Assembly (NCBI GenBank): GCA_013239625.1
Contig: MU054029.1
Coordinates: 17,613 to 81,316 of the forward strand
Origin: Lama guanicoe
Taxonomy: Eukaryota
Direction: 5' to 3'
DNA length: 63,704 nucleotides
Part shown: positions 40,285 through 51,900 of the stretch, piece after piece
Layout of the letters: every line of letters begins with the position of its first letter
Position numbering within the stretch: position 1 is the stretch's first letter
Translations under genes and position numbers: made by a program
Notes under the pieces: generated by a model
The model's input: the letters and a program-made list of their open reading frames with translations, nothing else
Database searches by the model: none
What the model was told of the DNA's origin: nothing

Positions 40285-41885
40285 AACAGAGACATTAAAG
40301 GTTCTATTCTAAACAGAAAGGAAGCAGGACGCTATAGAAACAGGAAAACCATAATTGGAAATGCAATAACGAGTTACAAGAGAATAAACTTAAAGATGTA
40401 AAAATGAAAAAGGATATCAAAATAAAAAAGGTGGGAATGGGAGAGGGGAGCAAGAAAATATAAATTTTTTTCTTGTTTTTTTCTTCGTTATTCTTAGGAT
40501 GTGTTGGAGCCTATGTGATTATCATTCTAAAGGAAATAGATATAGTAATGGATTGATATATTTGAAGAATAAGGTAACCACAAATCAAAAGCATACAATA
40601 GAGTTGCAAAAAAACCAAAAAGAAACAAACTCAAAATGGCTTAGAGACTTAAATATTAGACAAGACACTATAAACTTCTAACAAGAAAACATAGGCAAAA
40701 CATTATTTGACATACATCTCAGGAATGTTTCCCTAGGGCAATCTAAGCAATCCAAGCAACAGAACTAAAAGCCAAAATAAATAAATGAGACCTAACTAAA
40801 CTTACAAACTTTTGCACAGCAATAGAAACCATAAGTAAAACAAAAAGACAACATATGGAATGGGAGAAAATATTTGCAAAACATGAGACTGACCATGGCT
40901 TAATTTCTAGACTATATAAATAGTTCATACAACTTAATGAGAAAAAATAAGCGTCCAAATCCAAAAATGGGCAGAACAACTAAACAAGCAATTCTCCAAT
41001 GAAGACACACAAATGGCCAATAGGCATATAAAAAAATGCTCAATTTCGCTCAATTATCAGAGAAATGCAGCTCAGAACTACAATGTTATCATCTCACAAC
41101 AGTCTGAATGGCCATCATTGAAAAGTCCACAAACCATTAATGCCGGAGAGGCTGTGAAGAAAAGGAAACTCTCCTACATTGTTGGTGGGAATGTAGTTTG
41201 GTGCAGCCACTGTGAAGAACAGTATGGAGATTCCTCAAAAGACAAAAAAAAAAAAAAAAAACTTATCACCTAATCCAGCAATCCCACTCCTGGGCATATA
41301 TCCAGAGGGAACCATAATTCCAAAAGATACCTGCACCGCAATGTTCACAGGAGCACTGTTTACAATGACCAAGATATAGAATCAACCTAAACGTCCACTG
41401 ACAGATGACTGGATAAAGATGTGGTATTTAGGTATAACAGAATATTACTCAGTCATAACAAAGAAGGAAATAAGGCCATTTACAGCAACTTGAATGGAAC
41501 TGGAGATTATCTCAATAAGTGAAATAAGTCAGACAAAGACAAGTATCATATGATATCATTTATATGTGGAATTTTTAAAAAATGTTGCAAATGAAATTAT
41601 TTATAAAACAAAAACAGACTCACAGACTTATAAACAAAACTTAGGAGTTTGGGATCAACAGATAAAAATTACTATATGAAAAACAGACAAACGACAAGGA
41701 TTCACTGTAGAACACAGGGAACAGTATTCAGTATCTTGCAACCTATAATGGAAAAGAACCTGAAAAAGAATAGGCTATGTATATGTACAACTGAATCACT
41801 ATGCTGTATACCTGAAACTAACAAAACAGCTGTATATCTGAAACTAACAAAACATTGTAAATCAAACACATTTCAACTTAAAAAA
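40285..41885 (+). mobile_element. LINE-1 fragment with large internal deletion (inter-ORF spacer fused to ORF2 3' end)
   Basis: 40285-40624 resembles 23020-23330 of the full-length copy. It then jumps to aaactcaaaatggcttagagacttaa, equivalent to ~26297. Confidence 0.8.
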
Positions 41886-42340
41886 ATTGATAAGCTCTAA
41901 ATAACTTTATTCAAAGAAAATCTTGAACTCTTCCTTCTTAAAAAACTTAAAATGGGTAACTTGAGCAGGACCAAATTATACTGGATGGGCAGTTACATAT
42001 CTTCTCTAGCACATGTCCCATGCTACACACACATTGTGTTTGCCTACAGGTAAGAACAGCCCTGAGTGCACAGGGAGCGAGTCCTTCTGGGACAAGGCCT
42101 CAGTGGCAGAGACCTCCTTGTCACCGCTCCATCTCACCAGAAGGCCAGGGTTTTGAGAGGTGAGGGGACATAGAGCTCATACACTTCAAATTGATTTCCC
42201 GAAAATACTGTGGAAAAAACAAATTCACCTGCAGTGTGGGAAACATGAGCAGGCAGAAAGCCCAAAGTAAGATTGCCCGATGTTCAGATCAGAACCAGGA
42301 CAACGACAACCTGGCCCCAGTTAAATGACCACCACCTCAC

Positions 42341-42591
42341 CTGCAATGAGCTGCTCATATTCAATGTCAGGGATGTTTCTATTGAGACTTGGGAGGTCAA
42401 AGGAGTCGGACCAGGGAATCCAGACCTGGTTGACATCGGGGCTCTGCCAGTGGTAGAGGTGGCCCCAAGGGGATAGCACCAGTACCGGCTCCTCCATCTT
42501 CAGCAGGGTCTTCAGGAGGAAGGCAATGTGGATGCAGACGTTCCTATGGAGGCTGATGCCCTCTGGAGGATTCAAGTCACACAGAAAGTAC
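42341..42591 (-). pseudogene. POFUT2: POFUT2 exon 2 duplicate
   Basis: [83 protein letters not shown], versus recalled POFUT2 [83 protein letters not shown]. It is 251 nt with an intact acceptor (ctcactgccag) and donor (gtgagg). Confidence 0.95.
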
Positions 42592-42859
42592 CTGGCAGTG
42601 AGCAAAGGAGAGCGGGTCTTCAGGTCCAGGCCTCTGCACAGGAATCCCAGCTTAGATAGAACAGATACAATGGTAATCCCTCCATTGCCCATGGCCTAGA
42701 CTCCAGAAACATTAAGCAGCTTCTGGTTTATAAAGTGGAGGCACTGCCCACCCATCTCCATGTGGCCAATTACTTCAAGTCCGGGAACAATTGCGGAAGA
42801 AATCTTGGCGTCTGTCTAACACCACTAAGCATCTGACTATCACCTGAGCACCCGTTCCC

Positions 42860-43330
42860 CAGGGGCTCTCAAACTTCTTGTTCTACAGAACCGTATACAA
42901 TCTTAACAATTACTGAGAACTCCAAAAGGCTGTCATTTATGTGAGTTAAATCTATCAATATTTCCTGTGTTATAAGTTGAATAAGAAGTTAGAAAAAGTG
43001 TATGAATTCACTTAAAAATATTAACAATCTACTGTATGTTACCATTAATACTCTTAAACTAAATTTAATTCTATTTTTCAAAACAAAAATCATTAGTGAG
43101 AAGAATAGCAGTGATTTTAATTTCTGCAAAACTCTTATGGACTGGTGAGAGCTGAATTCTCCTATCTGCCTCAGCATTCCCTGTTTTGTGATATCACAGG
43201 CCAGGGTTTCCCTGGAAAACCCCACAGGAACTCGGGAGAGCAAGAGTATGCTAAAGGCAGATGACATCCCGGCGTTTCTATGAAACTGGTCTTGCACCTC
43301 AGTGGCCTTGGATACACTTTGATAACTGCT
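42860..43330. mobile_element. hAT-Charlie-type MER element in the POFUT2-copy intron 1
   Basis: caggggctctcaaactt...cactttgataactgct terminal motifs. Subfamily uncertain. Confidence 0.55.
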
Positions 43331-43699
43331 TCCCTATCCTAGGTGAGACCTTTCTACACTAGAGCCAGGCAAGGGTCCTGGATTCTGTAATGAGTTACCG
43401 CCACCACACCCCTCCCTTCTCTGTGTGTTTCTCACAACCTCCATTACTGCAGATGAGGATGTAATCCTCATCCGGGGCCTCTAATCCCAGAAGACTGCTA
43501 AATTCAAGACAGAGGGTCCAATCTGCCATCCCTACATCCCGCACAGTTTGAGTCAAGCCCTAGATAACTGCTTACTGGCACTGACCCTTGTCTTACTCCT
43601 GAGGTTGACTGAAGGAATCAAGATCTGGATGGAACTGAAATTTCTCTGCAGATAAACATGGCTGATAAACAACCCCATTCCAACATCTGATTCTGGGGC

Positions 43700-44600
43700 T
43701 CTTCAAAACCCGGGTAAGGCCCCGCTACATCTAAGATGGGTCCTCCACCTGCCCTTCCTGGGGTGTTCTGGGAGGCCACGGCCACCAAGGGCGACCCAGA
43801 CTCGCGGCCCTAGCCCCAGGGCCTGAGGGGGAGGAAAGCTTGAGGCTGTGCCCAAGCCCTGACCCCGCCCCGCCCCAACCCGCTCCCTCCCACCACAGCC
43901 CTCCCTGGCCAACACCCCAAACCCGATCCCATCCCAGTTCATGTCCACCTGCCCCGCTGACGGCGTGGACATACGTTTACCATCTGTGGGACGCCGCCCC
44001 AGACAGGATGTCAGCCGCCGACTGACCAGGCCAGAACTAGTCGCCCGGCCAAGCAAGCCGCCATCCCCAGCAGCAAATGCCGCCATGGGTCCTAGGCAGT
44101 TACACACTTCTGGAGCCCGCTCCCCGCCCCAGAAGCGCACGCCGGCCCGCGCGGGCGTGCGGTGCCTGTAACCATGGTAACGCTGCGGGGCCCTCCCCTA
44201 GCGCTTGCGTCGTGCATCCTCCCGAGTCTAGATGTGTGAGAGCAGATCTTGTGGAGCCAATGGGAGCCAGGGCGCGGCCAGGACGGGGGTGGGGGGAGGC
44301 TTTTGGGATAGCTGGGCAGGGCCGTGGAGGGCGTGGCTGCGCGGAAGACGTGACGTTCAGGTGTCGCTGCCCGGAGGCTGGGGCAGTGCTACCACCAGTG
44401 GGTGGGGCAGAGGGGCAGCGAGGCAGCGGGGCAAGGGCACCCTCACATGTCCCTGTGTGGAGATCAGCCGGGGCTCCGCGGCCTCCACTTGCACTGGACG
44501 TGGACCCAGGCTACCGGTGGGCGAGAGAGGGCTGAGCCCAGGCACGCACGGCTGGCCAGGTAGGGCACATGAAATGCAGATCCGCCAGGCCCGCTGCCGG
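43700..44600. promoter_or_regulatory. CpG-island promoter duplicated from POFUT2
   Basis: Dense CpG, GC boxes (ccccgccc), palindromic RFX X-box GTAACCATGGTAAC at 44168-44181, CCAAT at 44257-44261, GCGC-rich NRF1-like stretch at ~44135-44160. Confidence 0.8.
43981..44086 (-). pseudogene. POFUT2: POFUT2 exon 1 coding part, frameshifted
   Basis: ATG at 44086. An alternative frame gives FWPGQSAADILSGAASHR (recalled POFUT2 FWPGQSAADILSGAASRRR). Donor gtaaac at 43980. The 106 nt end in phase 1, whereas exon 2 needs phase 2. Confidence 0.9.
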
Positions 44601-45337
44601 CCTTGAATACGTGCTGCTAGGCAGTTTCCAAGAAGACAGTATCTGTCCTAAGAGGGGAGGTAGGGCTGGGGTGCCAGATGCTGGGTTGTGTGCTGTCTCA
44701 GAGGAGAGCCATGATGAGAGGGAGCAGAGCGGCCCCTGTGTTGGCAGGGCTGTTTGGGGTATAGGTTGGGGGGGTGCGGCTTGCTCTGTGGTCTCCCCAA
44801 GAACCCTCATTCCAGAGCAAGGGGCTCTTCTCCCCCCACCCCTCACTGCACTCCCTGCCTTCCCCAGCACCACCTGGGTGTGGGGTCATGTCAGGGAAGG
44901 GATGACCCAGGGAAGGGGCTCATTCAGGGGCAGGGGCAGGGGCCACTCAGCAGGGATGCTGGAACTGACAGTGATGAGGTGCTTCAGAACTCCCCTGGGA
45001 TGGGTTTCTAACTAGTGGGATGGAAGGGCCTCTCCTTCCTGGGGTGCAATTGGGGGAACTAGATCCATCATGAATGTCAGCCCTGAAAATGGAGGCTGCG
45101 CTACATCCATTCCTAGAATGAAAAATCAGGCCTCTCCAGCCAAGGTGACTCAGAAAGTCATTCAGCAGTGTTCGGGGTCCCCAGTTTAGGCTTTCAATTA
45201 GAGTTGAGCAGCTCAGGAGGCCAGATCCCTGTCCGTGGCTCCAGGAGTAGGTTTTCTGCTTGGGGACAGGATCCTCACATACACCTGTGTCTTTGTGGGT
45301 CACTCCCCTCTGACAAGCTGGGAGGCAGGGTGCAATT

Positions 45338-45960
45338 GTGAGAAATCGTGTTTCCATGAGTAGAGGACCACCAAGTGGTGGGGGCACAGGAGACAGTGAG
45401 AAAAATTCCCGCAGCCTTTCTGGAATCAAAAAACTGGCAAAGGTGAAAAAGTGTATAATTTGTTTTATTGAACAGGCTGCTTATGTACATTTGGAGGGCC
45501 AGGTTCAAGGACTCTGCCCCCCTCCAGGACAATACCCTCAAGAGAAGAACAGCAGAGTAGGAGGAGATGTGGGGTTTCTCCCAGGAATGAGGCAGAACAG
45601 GGATTTCTGCAGATATGCAAGGAGACCCCGACCACTGAGCACGGGGTTAAAAACTCACGTGACCCCTGTCGTGTGTGGCTTGGGCTCTGGGTCTGGCCTG
45701 ATCATGTATTCTTCCAGCTGAGTTCCAGAAACTCAGAGGGTAGATTTAGAGGGGCTGCGCTTGGAACCCGGTGTGGAGATGGAGGGTCCTTTATCCTGAG
45801 TCTCCTCAGCCTAATCACTGTAGCTGAGTTCCAACACCACCCAGGCCCCCAGGGTGGCCGTGGAGGGAGAGCAAGCCTGGCAGGTGACCCAGGGGTCCCA
45901 CTGCTGTGCCCCTCCCTTATCTTTGTTCCCTATCACCCCGGAAGGTGCGATTGTCTCATG
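45338..45960 (-). mobile_element. Probable solo ERV LTR
   Basis: tgtgaga...tctca termini, - strand AATAAA (ttttatt ~45464) and an LTR-like layout. No TSD was resolved. Confidence 0.45.
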
Positions 45961-45993
45961 TCATGGTGACAAGCCTTCTCTCTTCTCTGTCAG

Positions 45994-48900
45994 ATGGGGT
46001 CCCCATCCCTGCTCAGTCTTCTCTCTGCATGGATGCTGAAGGACCAGGCTCACTTGAATTTCTGAGCTTGAGCAGTAAGGTGGAAACAAAGAAACCAATG
46101 GAAACAAAGAAACAAGTGATTGTGGCAAAGCTCCCCACCACAGAGAAGCTGCCCTGAGTGGAAGGGAGGGTGTGGGCATGCCCATTTGTTTCCTGTCTCC
46201 CAGTGCTCTTTGCTTTCTTATTGCAGACCTGCATGGTTACAACAAAATGATCTGCAAAACTGAAAATATTTACTCTCTGACTTTTACAGAAAAGGCTGAC
46301 CAGCCTCTGGTTCCTGTACTGGTCAAGTGATTGGAGTATCTTTCTAGTTTGGAAACATCTAGGCAGGCCAAGGTTTGCAAAATCCTTTAAGAGTAGTTGC
46401 GGAGTTTTGCTTCTAAACATTTTGCCAACTGTACACTTCTGAGCAGAGGTTGTGCTGTGTAATTCTGAGCCGGGATTTTCTCAAACTGTTTCTCATTTTT
46501 TATACCGGACACCCCTAAATTCCAAGGGGAATGGGATATTAAGGAAGCCATGGAGTTTAGGAAAAAGATACAGATTTCATTTCCATATAAGCATCGATGT
46601 ATCTCCATCCTAGGCAGTATCGGTTCTGTAGGATTGATAGGGGAACTAAATAGCAGCCAAATTTATAGAAAATAGTGGGTCATTGGGTACACAAACAACA
46701 TTTTTGTAATGTTTGCAGTTTAAGATGACCATTCCTGAGAAACAGGCAGCCTCTTAGAATGCAATTGTATTTTCCCTGAACCATACTCAATTTTTATTTC
46801 ATAAACAGCAGGAAGGGCAATCACACATCCAACACTAGGGGACCTCAAAGATAAAATGTAACTTTCTGAGAGCACACTCCCCACTTCTCCCTCTGCTCTT
46901 TTCACTGTCCCATTTTCCCTGAAGGCTCTTTCGTATCTTCTGCTCATGACTCCAGAAACTCTTCGTCCTCTTTCCTCAGCTGGTAAGTTTACTTTTCTTC
47001 TTTGACCAAGCAAACTGAAGCCAACAGAAGAGAAATTTCACCAGCAAATCCCAGCACATCCGCTCACATTCTGATGTCTGTAACCTCACTCTCGCTGTCC
47101 CACCTCTTATTACAGGTGACATCGAAAGCCAGATCATTCAAAAGTCGCCAGGGGTGCCATCCATCCAATCTTCTCCAGGCTGTCACTCCCACATCCATCC
47201 TCTCTGTCACTACCTCATCTATTTTGTTCTCCTGCTAGTTGGCTCCTATCAGTATATAAAAGTAAAAAGTCCATTAAAAGGAACAAACAGCACTCCTTGA
47301 CTCTAATTCGCCCCCACCAATTGCCAGCCCATGTCTTTGCAGCAAATCTTTTATGAGTAGTTTAAACTCACTGTCTGCATATTCAGTTGAGCCTTCCCCT
47401 TTTGCACCCACTCTGGCTTTTCCCCTGATCCCTTGCTCAATGGAAACTGCTCTGTCAAGGCCATCAGTGACCCAACGTTGCTAAATATAGTGGTAAGTTT
47501 TTAGTCTTCATCATGCGTGGCCCTTTGGCAGCATTTGACCCAGCTCTTCCATCCTTCCTTCCCCGTGTTCCTGCTTTACTTGGCCTCCAGCCCATCACTC
47601 TGCTTTCAATCCACTGGCTGGTCTTTTGCCAACGTCTCCACTTTTTTCCAAACATTTACTACGAATGTGCCCAGGAGTTGGGTCCTGGGTCTCTCCACTA
47701 TCTCTCTGCTATACTTTTGGTGGAAGCAACTAGATTTGGAAATTGACATGCCATCAATTTCTCGATTTGTTCAAAACTCCCTGATTGGCCCTTTCCATTT
47801 GGAACTCTCTCCCTGATACTCATATTATTTTTCTTTCATTCATCTTGCTTTCACATTCATACGTATGTTCTACTGTGTAAATTACTTTTCCAAATTTTAA
47901 ATCAGTCCATAAATATCATGTAAAATGCTCAGATCTCTATTATTTCCACTAAGATGCTACCACTAAGATGCTAATTCTACCTTAGAAACTTTTTGCATTT
48001 CTGTATTTATGTCAATAAAGTGAATAGTATTTCTACAAGCCTCACAGTTTAACAGTGTGTTTGTTTGGGGCTATTATGTAACATGAAGTAATTATACATC
48101 AACATAGTCCTTTTTCTTTTAATTTTATGTAACACCAAGAGAGGTTTTTGCACTGAAGACTGATTTTATTGAAATTTTACCTACGTTATGGACAGTCAGT
48201 TTCTGTGAGAGCCCTCATTTCTCCACTTTTCTGATATATTTTCCATTTGGATATTATAACATAAAACTTGGAATGAAATAAAATTACAATTTCATTCACA
48301 TAATAAAATTAATACATTCAAATTATATATTTTAATGTTAAAAAGAAAGAAAAAAAAACCCCAGACTCCTCTACCTATTAGGCATTTCTGTGGCAATATC
48401 TAATAGACTTCTTAACCATGACATTGAAGAACTGAGCTGATTCCAGCCCCTTTCCACCTGCTCAGCCCCATCTTGTCCCATCCCCTGTGGATGGAGAGGA
48501 CATCCATCCCATTTTCCAGGTCCAGATGTTGGAACCATGTTCTTTCTCTCTCTTTCTCTTACACACACACACACACCCATACACACACACACAGCAAATC
48601 CAGCTTGTTAGAAAATTCTGGCTACTCTGTCTTCATTAACCACCTACTCCCTGTTCCCCACCCTCCTAGGAGCCACCTTCAGCCTCTTCCTGGACACCAA
48701 ATAGCCTTCTTCTTCCATCTTTGCTTTGCTACAATCTTATACACACAGAGTCAGATGGAGCCTATAAAAGCATACATTGAGGGGGTGGGTGTAGCTCAGT
48801 GATAGAGCACATGCCTAGCATGCATGAGATCCTGGGTTCAAACCACAGCACCTTCACTAAAATAAATAAATCTCCCCCCACCCACAAAAAACCAAAACAA

Positions 48901-51900
48901 AAGCATAAATTGGACATCACCCATCCCATCAAAACTCACCAAAAGGGTCACTATTTCATTAGGAGCCAAAGTCGTCCCAAAGTCTTCCAGGACCTGGGGT
49001 GTTCTGCCTCTCTGCGCACACTCTTCCCATCATTCTGGGGGCCTCTGGCTCCAGCTCTTCTTTATTCTTCTGGATCTATGCTGCTTCAAGTTCATTACTC
49101 TGTGAGATCTGCCAGGATTGCCTTATTCCCTCCTGCCTGCCTTGCACCCCACCACCATCACCTGAGTTTGCTCATATCACTCTAATTTTTCCCCAAGCTC
49201 TTGCTACCCCCAACATGCTGCCTGTTTCCTCTGCTAAAACTCTGAGCCCCCAGTGATGGGGAGTCGTGTCTATTTTGTTGAATAATAAAGCCCAAGGGCC
49301 TTGGGAATGGGTCTAGTTACTAGATTCCCATATGTCATAGGAGCTTATACAGATTTGTTGAATGAATGCAGAGGTCCTGGTCCAATCCGATGGAGCACTT
49401 GTGTGTCCTGCTGAAAGAATAACTCTCCTTTCCTCCTGAGGGGCGTGACCACTTCCTTGGTGATCAAAGGCAATATCTATTATCTTTATGCTGCTAACCT
49501 TAGGCGGGGAGACTGGGGGATCTTCATTTATATTTTAAAATTTGATTCACTCTGCAGATTGTCTTCTGTCTATATACCCTTTTGAGAAACCATTTATGAG
49601 TGATCATTCTTCCATCAGATTGAACAGGATCCAGGGGGAAGTACCAAGCCTGTCCCATCGGTCATCCTGCGTGTCATGTCCTGTGACACAGTGGATGCTC
49701 AGCATGTAAGTGAACCAACAGGAGTGAGTGAAGAGATAGGAGCATCTCATTATTGTTGTGGCTGCACTCTGTCCGATGCCTTGAGATTTGGGGGTTTAAA
49801 AGTGCGAAGGGGAGAGGCCAGGTCCTCTGTTCTCTTCCTGAGTGCCCTGGCCTTACCCATTCCCCCAGCCCCCTCTGGGCAGCCAAGACCAGGAGCTGGG
49901 CCACCGATGATTGTGTTGATCAATAATCCACCTCACCCAAAGTCTGGGGGTATGAATGGCCAGCACAACTGGTTGTACACTCTGGAGTCAGGTCCTTGGA
50001 GGAATTCCTTACTGAACGATGTTTTGGACCTTTTATTTTTCTCTATAGCCTCCAGCTGAAGAAACAGATTGCCTTAGATACATGAAAGGTGAGGACACAT
50101 ACTATCCCCATGGAGCCCAGGTGGGGCTGAGAGTCTGCTGTTTGTACTGCCGGTGGGCTCGTGTTGCTTTGGGCATCCCTGTGCCTGAACTCCTGCAGTA
50201 CACTCGGTGGTAAGAACTGGGGTGCCTGGCAGGGAGGGAAGTGGGTGGGGAGACTGCACAGCAGGGAAGACGTTAACTTGGGGTGAGCGGGAGCCGGCTG
50301 ATGCATGGCATCTCAGTGCAGGGAACTCTCCACCCTCAGAGAGGTTCCCACTCCCGCAGGGTCCCATTGATCAGGGTGCTGGATTGTCAGCAAAGCAGGG
50401 TCCCTTGAGGATCATGGTGCCTTCAGGCAGTGGGAAGTGAGGGGTCCAGTGTCACTTACATTAACTGTGCACCCGAAGCCAACCCCCGTATCTTTCAGCC
50501 TGTTTCCTAATCTGCATAACTGGAATGATGTTAACCATCCCGAAGGTTCGTTGATGGGCTGGGACACACTAGAAAGCCAGGAGCTGGAATTCCTCTGTCC
50601 CCTGAATGTCCCCTGAATCCTTCCTTGCCACTATTTGCTCTCACAAGCTCAGTCTCTCTGTCTCTCTCTCATTCACTTGTAATTTTCTCTCCTGCTCTGG
50701 TTTCATTTGATTCCCACCCTCCTCCCATTCCCCAGATGAGTGAAATTAATTTCTGTGTGTCAGTTACAAATTCCCGGGAAAGATGCTCTGTCCCCTCTGG
50801 ATTGGTTATCCAACCAATCAGTTGCAGCCAGAGGAGTGAGTCCCTCTGTGACCAGTGGAGGGACTCTGCCCAGCCACCAGCCACAACTGTGGGAGCACAT
50901 AGCTCTCCAAGGAGGAGGTACTGGCTGTGACTTTGTATCACTAAGTGTGAATTTATGTCTTATCTTGCCCCACCTTCATCCTCCTAAACAAAGATGAAAA
51001 TTAAACACTCTCAGGATTTGTGTCATGGAACACTAAGGGTTCCATAGGGCTAAGAGGGCTGGATTCCCTGCTGAGTGTAAGGGGATACAGTGACTCCCCA
51101 ACGAGAGCCTGTAAAGGGAACAAAACCGGCCTCACAAGACACTTAGGGCGCTGAGTTCATGTGACGTTGAGCCAGGCTTCTGACTACACCTCAGAGGTCT
51201 GGTCCGACTGGTTAGTCTTTGAAACCAACCAGCTTTGGATTCCTCAATCCCTCCCTGAGGTTTTACCTGAACCACCAGCTTCTGTATCTCTGAAGACAGA
51301 TGATGAGGACCCTTCACGTAAGGCATTTGCACAGCCATGTGTGGGAATTTGTGCTGCACGGTCTGCCAAGCGAGCTGACCGAAGTTGGTATTTTACTGAT
51401 CTTAGAAATAGTCTGGTTTCCTGGTGCACTATTTCACTGAACAAGCAACAGAAGCCACCTCTGGCTGATAAAAGCAAAAAAGGGACTTAATGAAAAGATA
51501 CTGGGAGGGTGCATGGAGTGGCCTGGACCAGAGCCGACCTGGGTGCCATAGGAGATTTTGGGGAGCCCCAGGCACCAGGCTGGGCAGGGTGCTACTGGGC
51601 CCCCTGCTGCCCCAGCAGGGACCCCCCTCCTCCTGACCCTCTACCACACTGCAGTTTCATGTCCCAGCAGGGCCAGGTCACACTGAAGCCACTGGCACAC
51701 ACCTCAATGGGGAGTTGGCCCCGTCTCAGCTGAGGGCGTGCCCAGTGTGGGGAGGTGCCCAGTTAGAGGAAGGCGGGTCCCCTACTATTCCGAGTTAACA
51801 TGCAAGTCAGTGCCCGTCACTCAGGAGAGCCGGGCTGGTCAGACATCATTGTGGTGACTAGGCCGTCTGAGTTCACTTATTACTTTTTAGGTTGGAAGGC

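Noticed and set aside
48780..48855. tRNA gene (also 3248-3325)
   Set aside because: A-rich tail, TSD and degenerate stems indicate SINE copies.
51161..51490. WSDW as a cytokine-receptor WSXWS motif
   Set aside because: The motif is incomplete (WSDWL) and there is no FN3 context.
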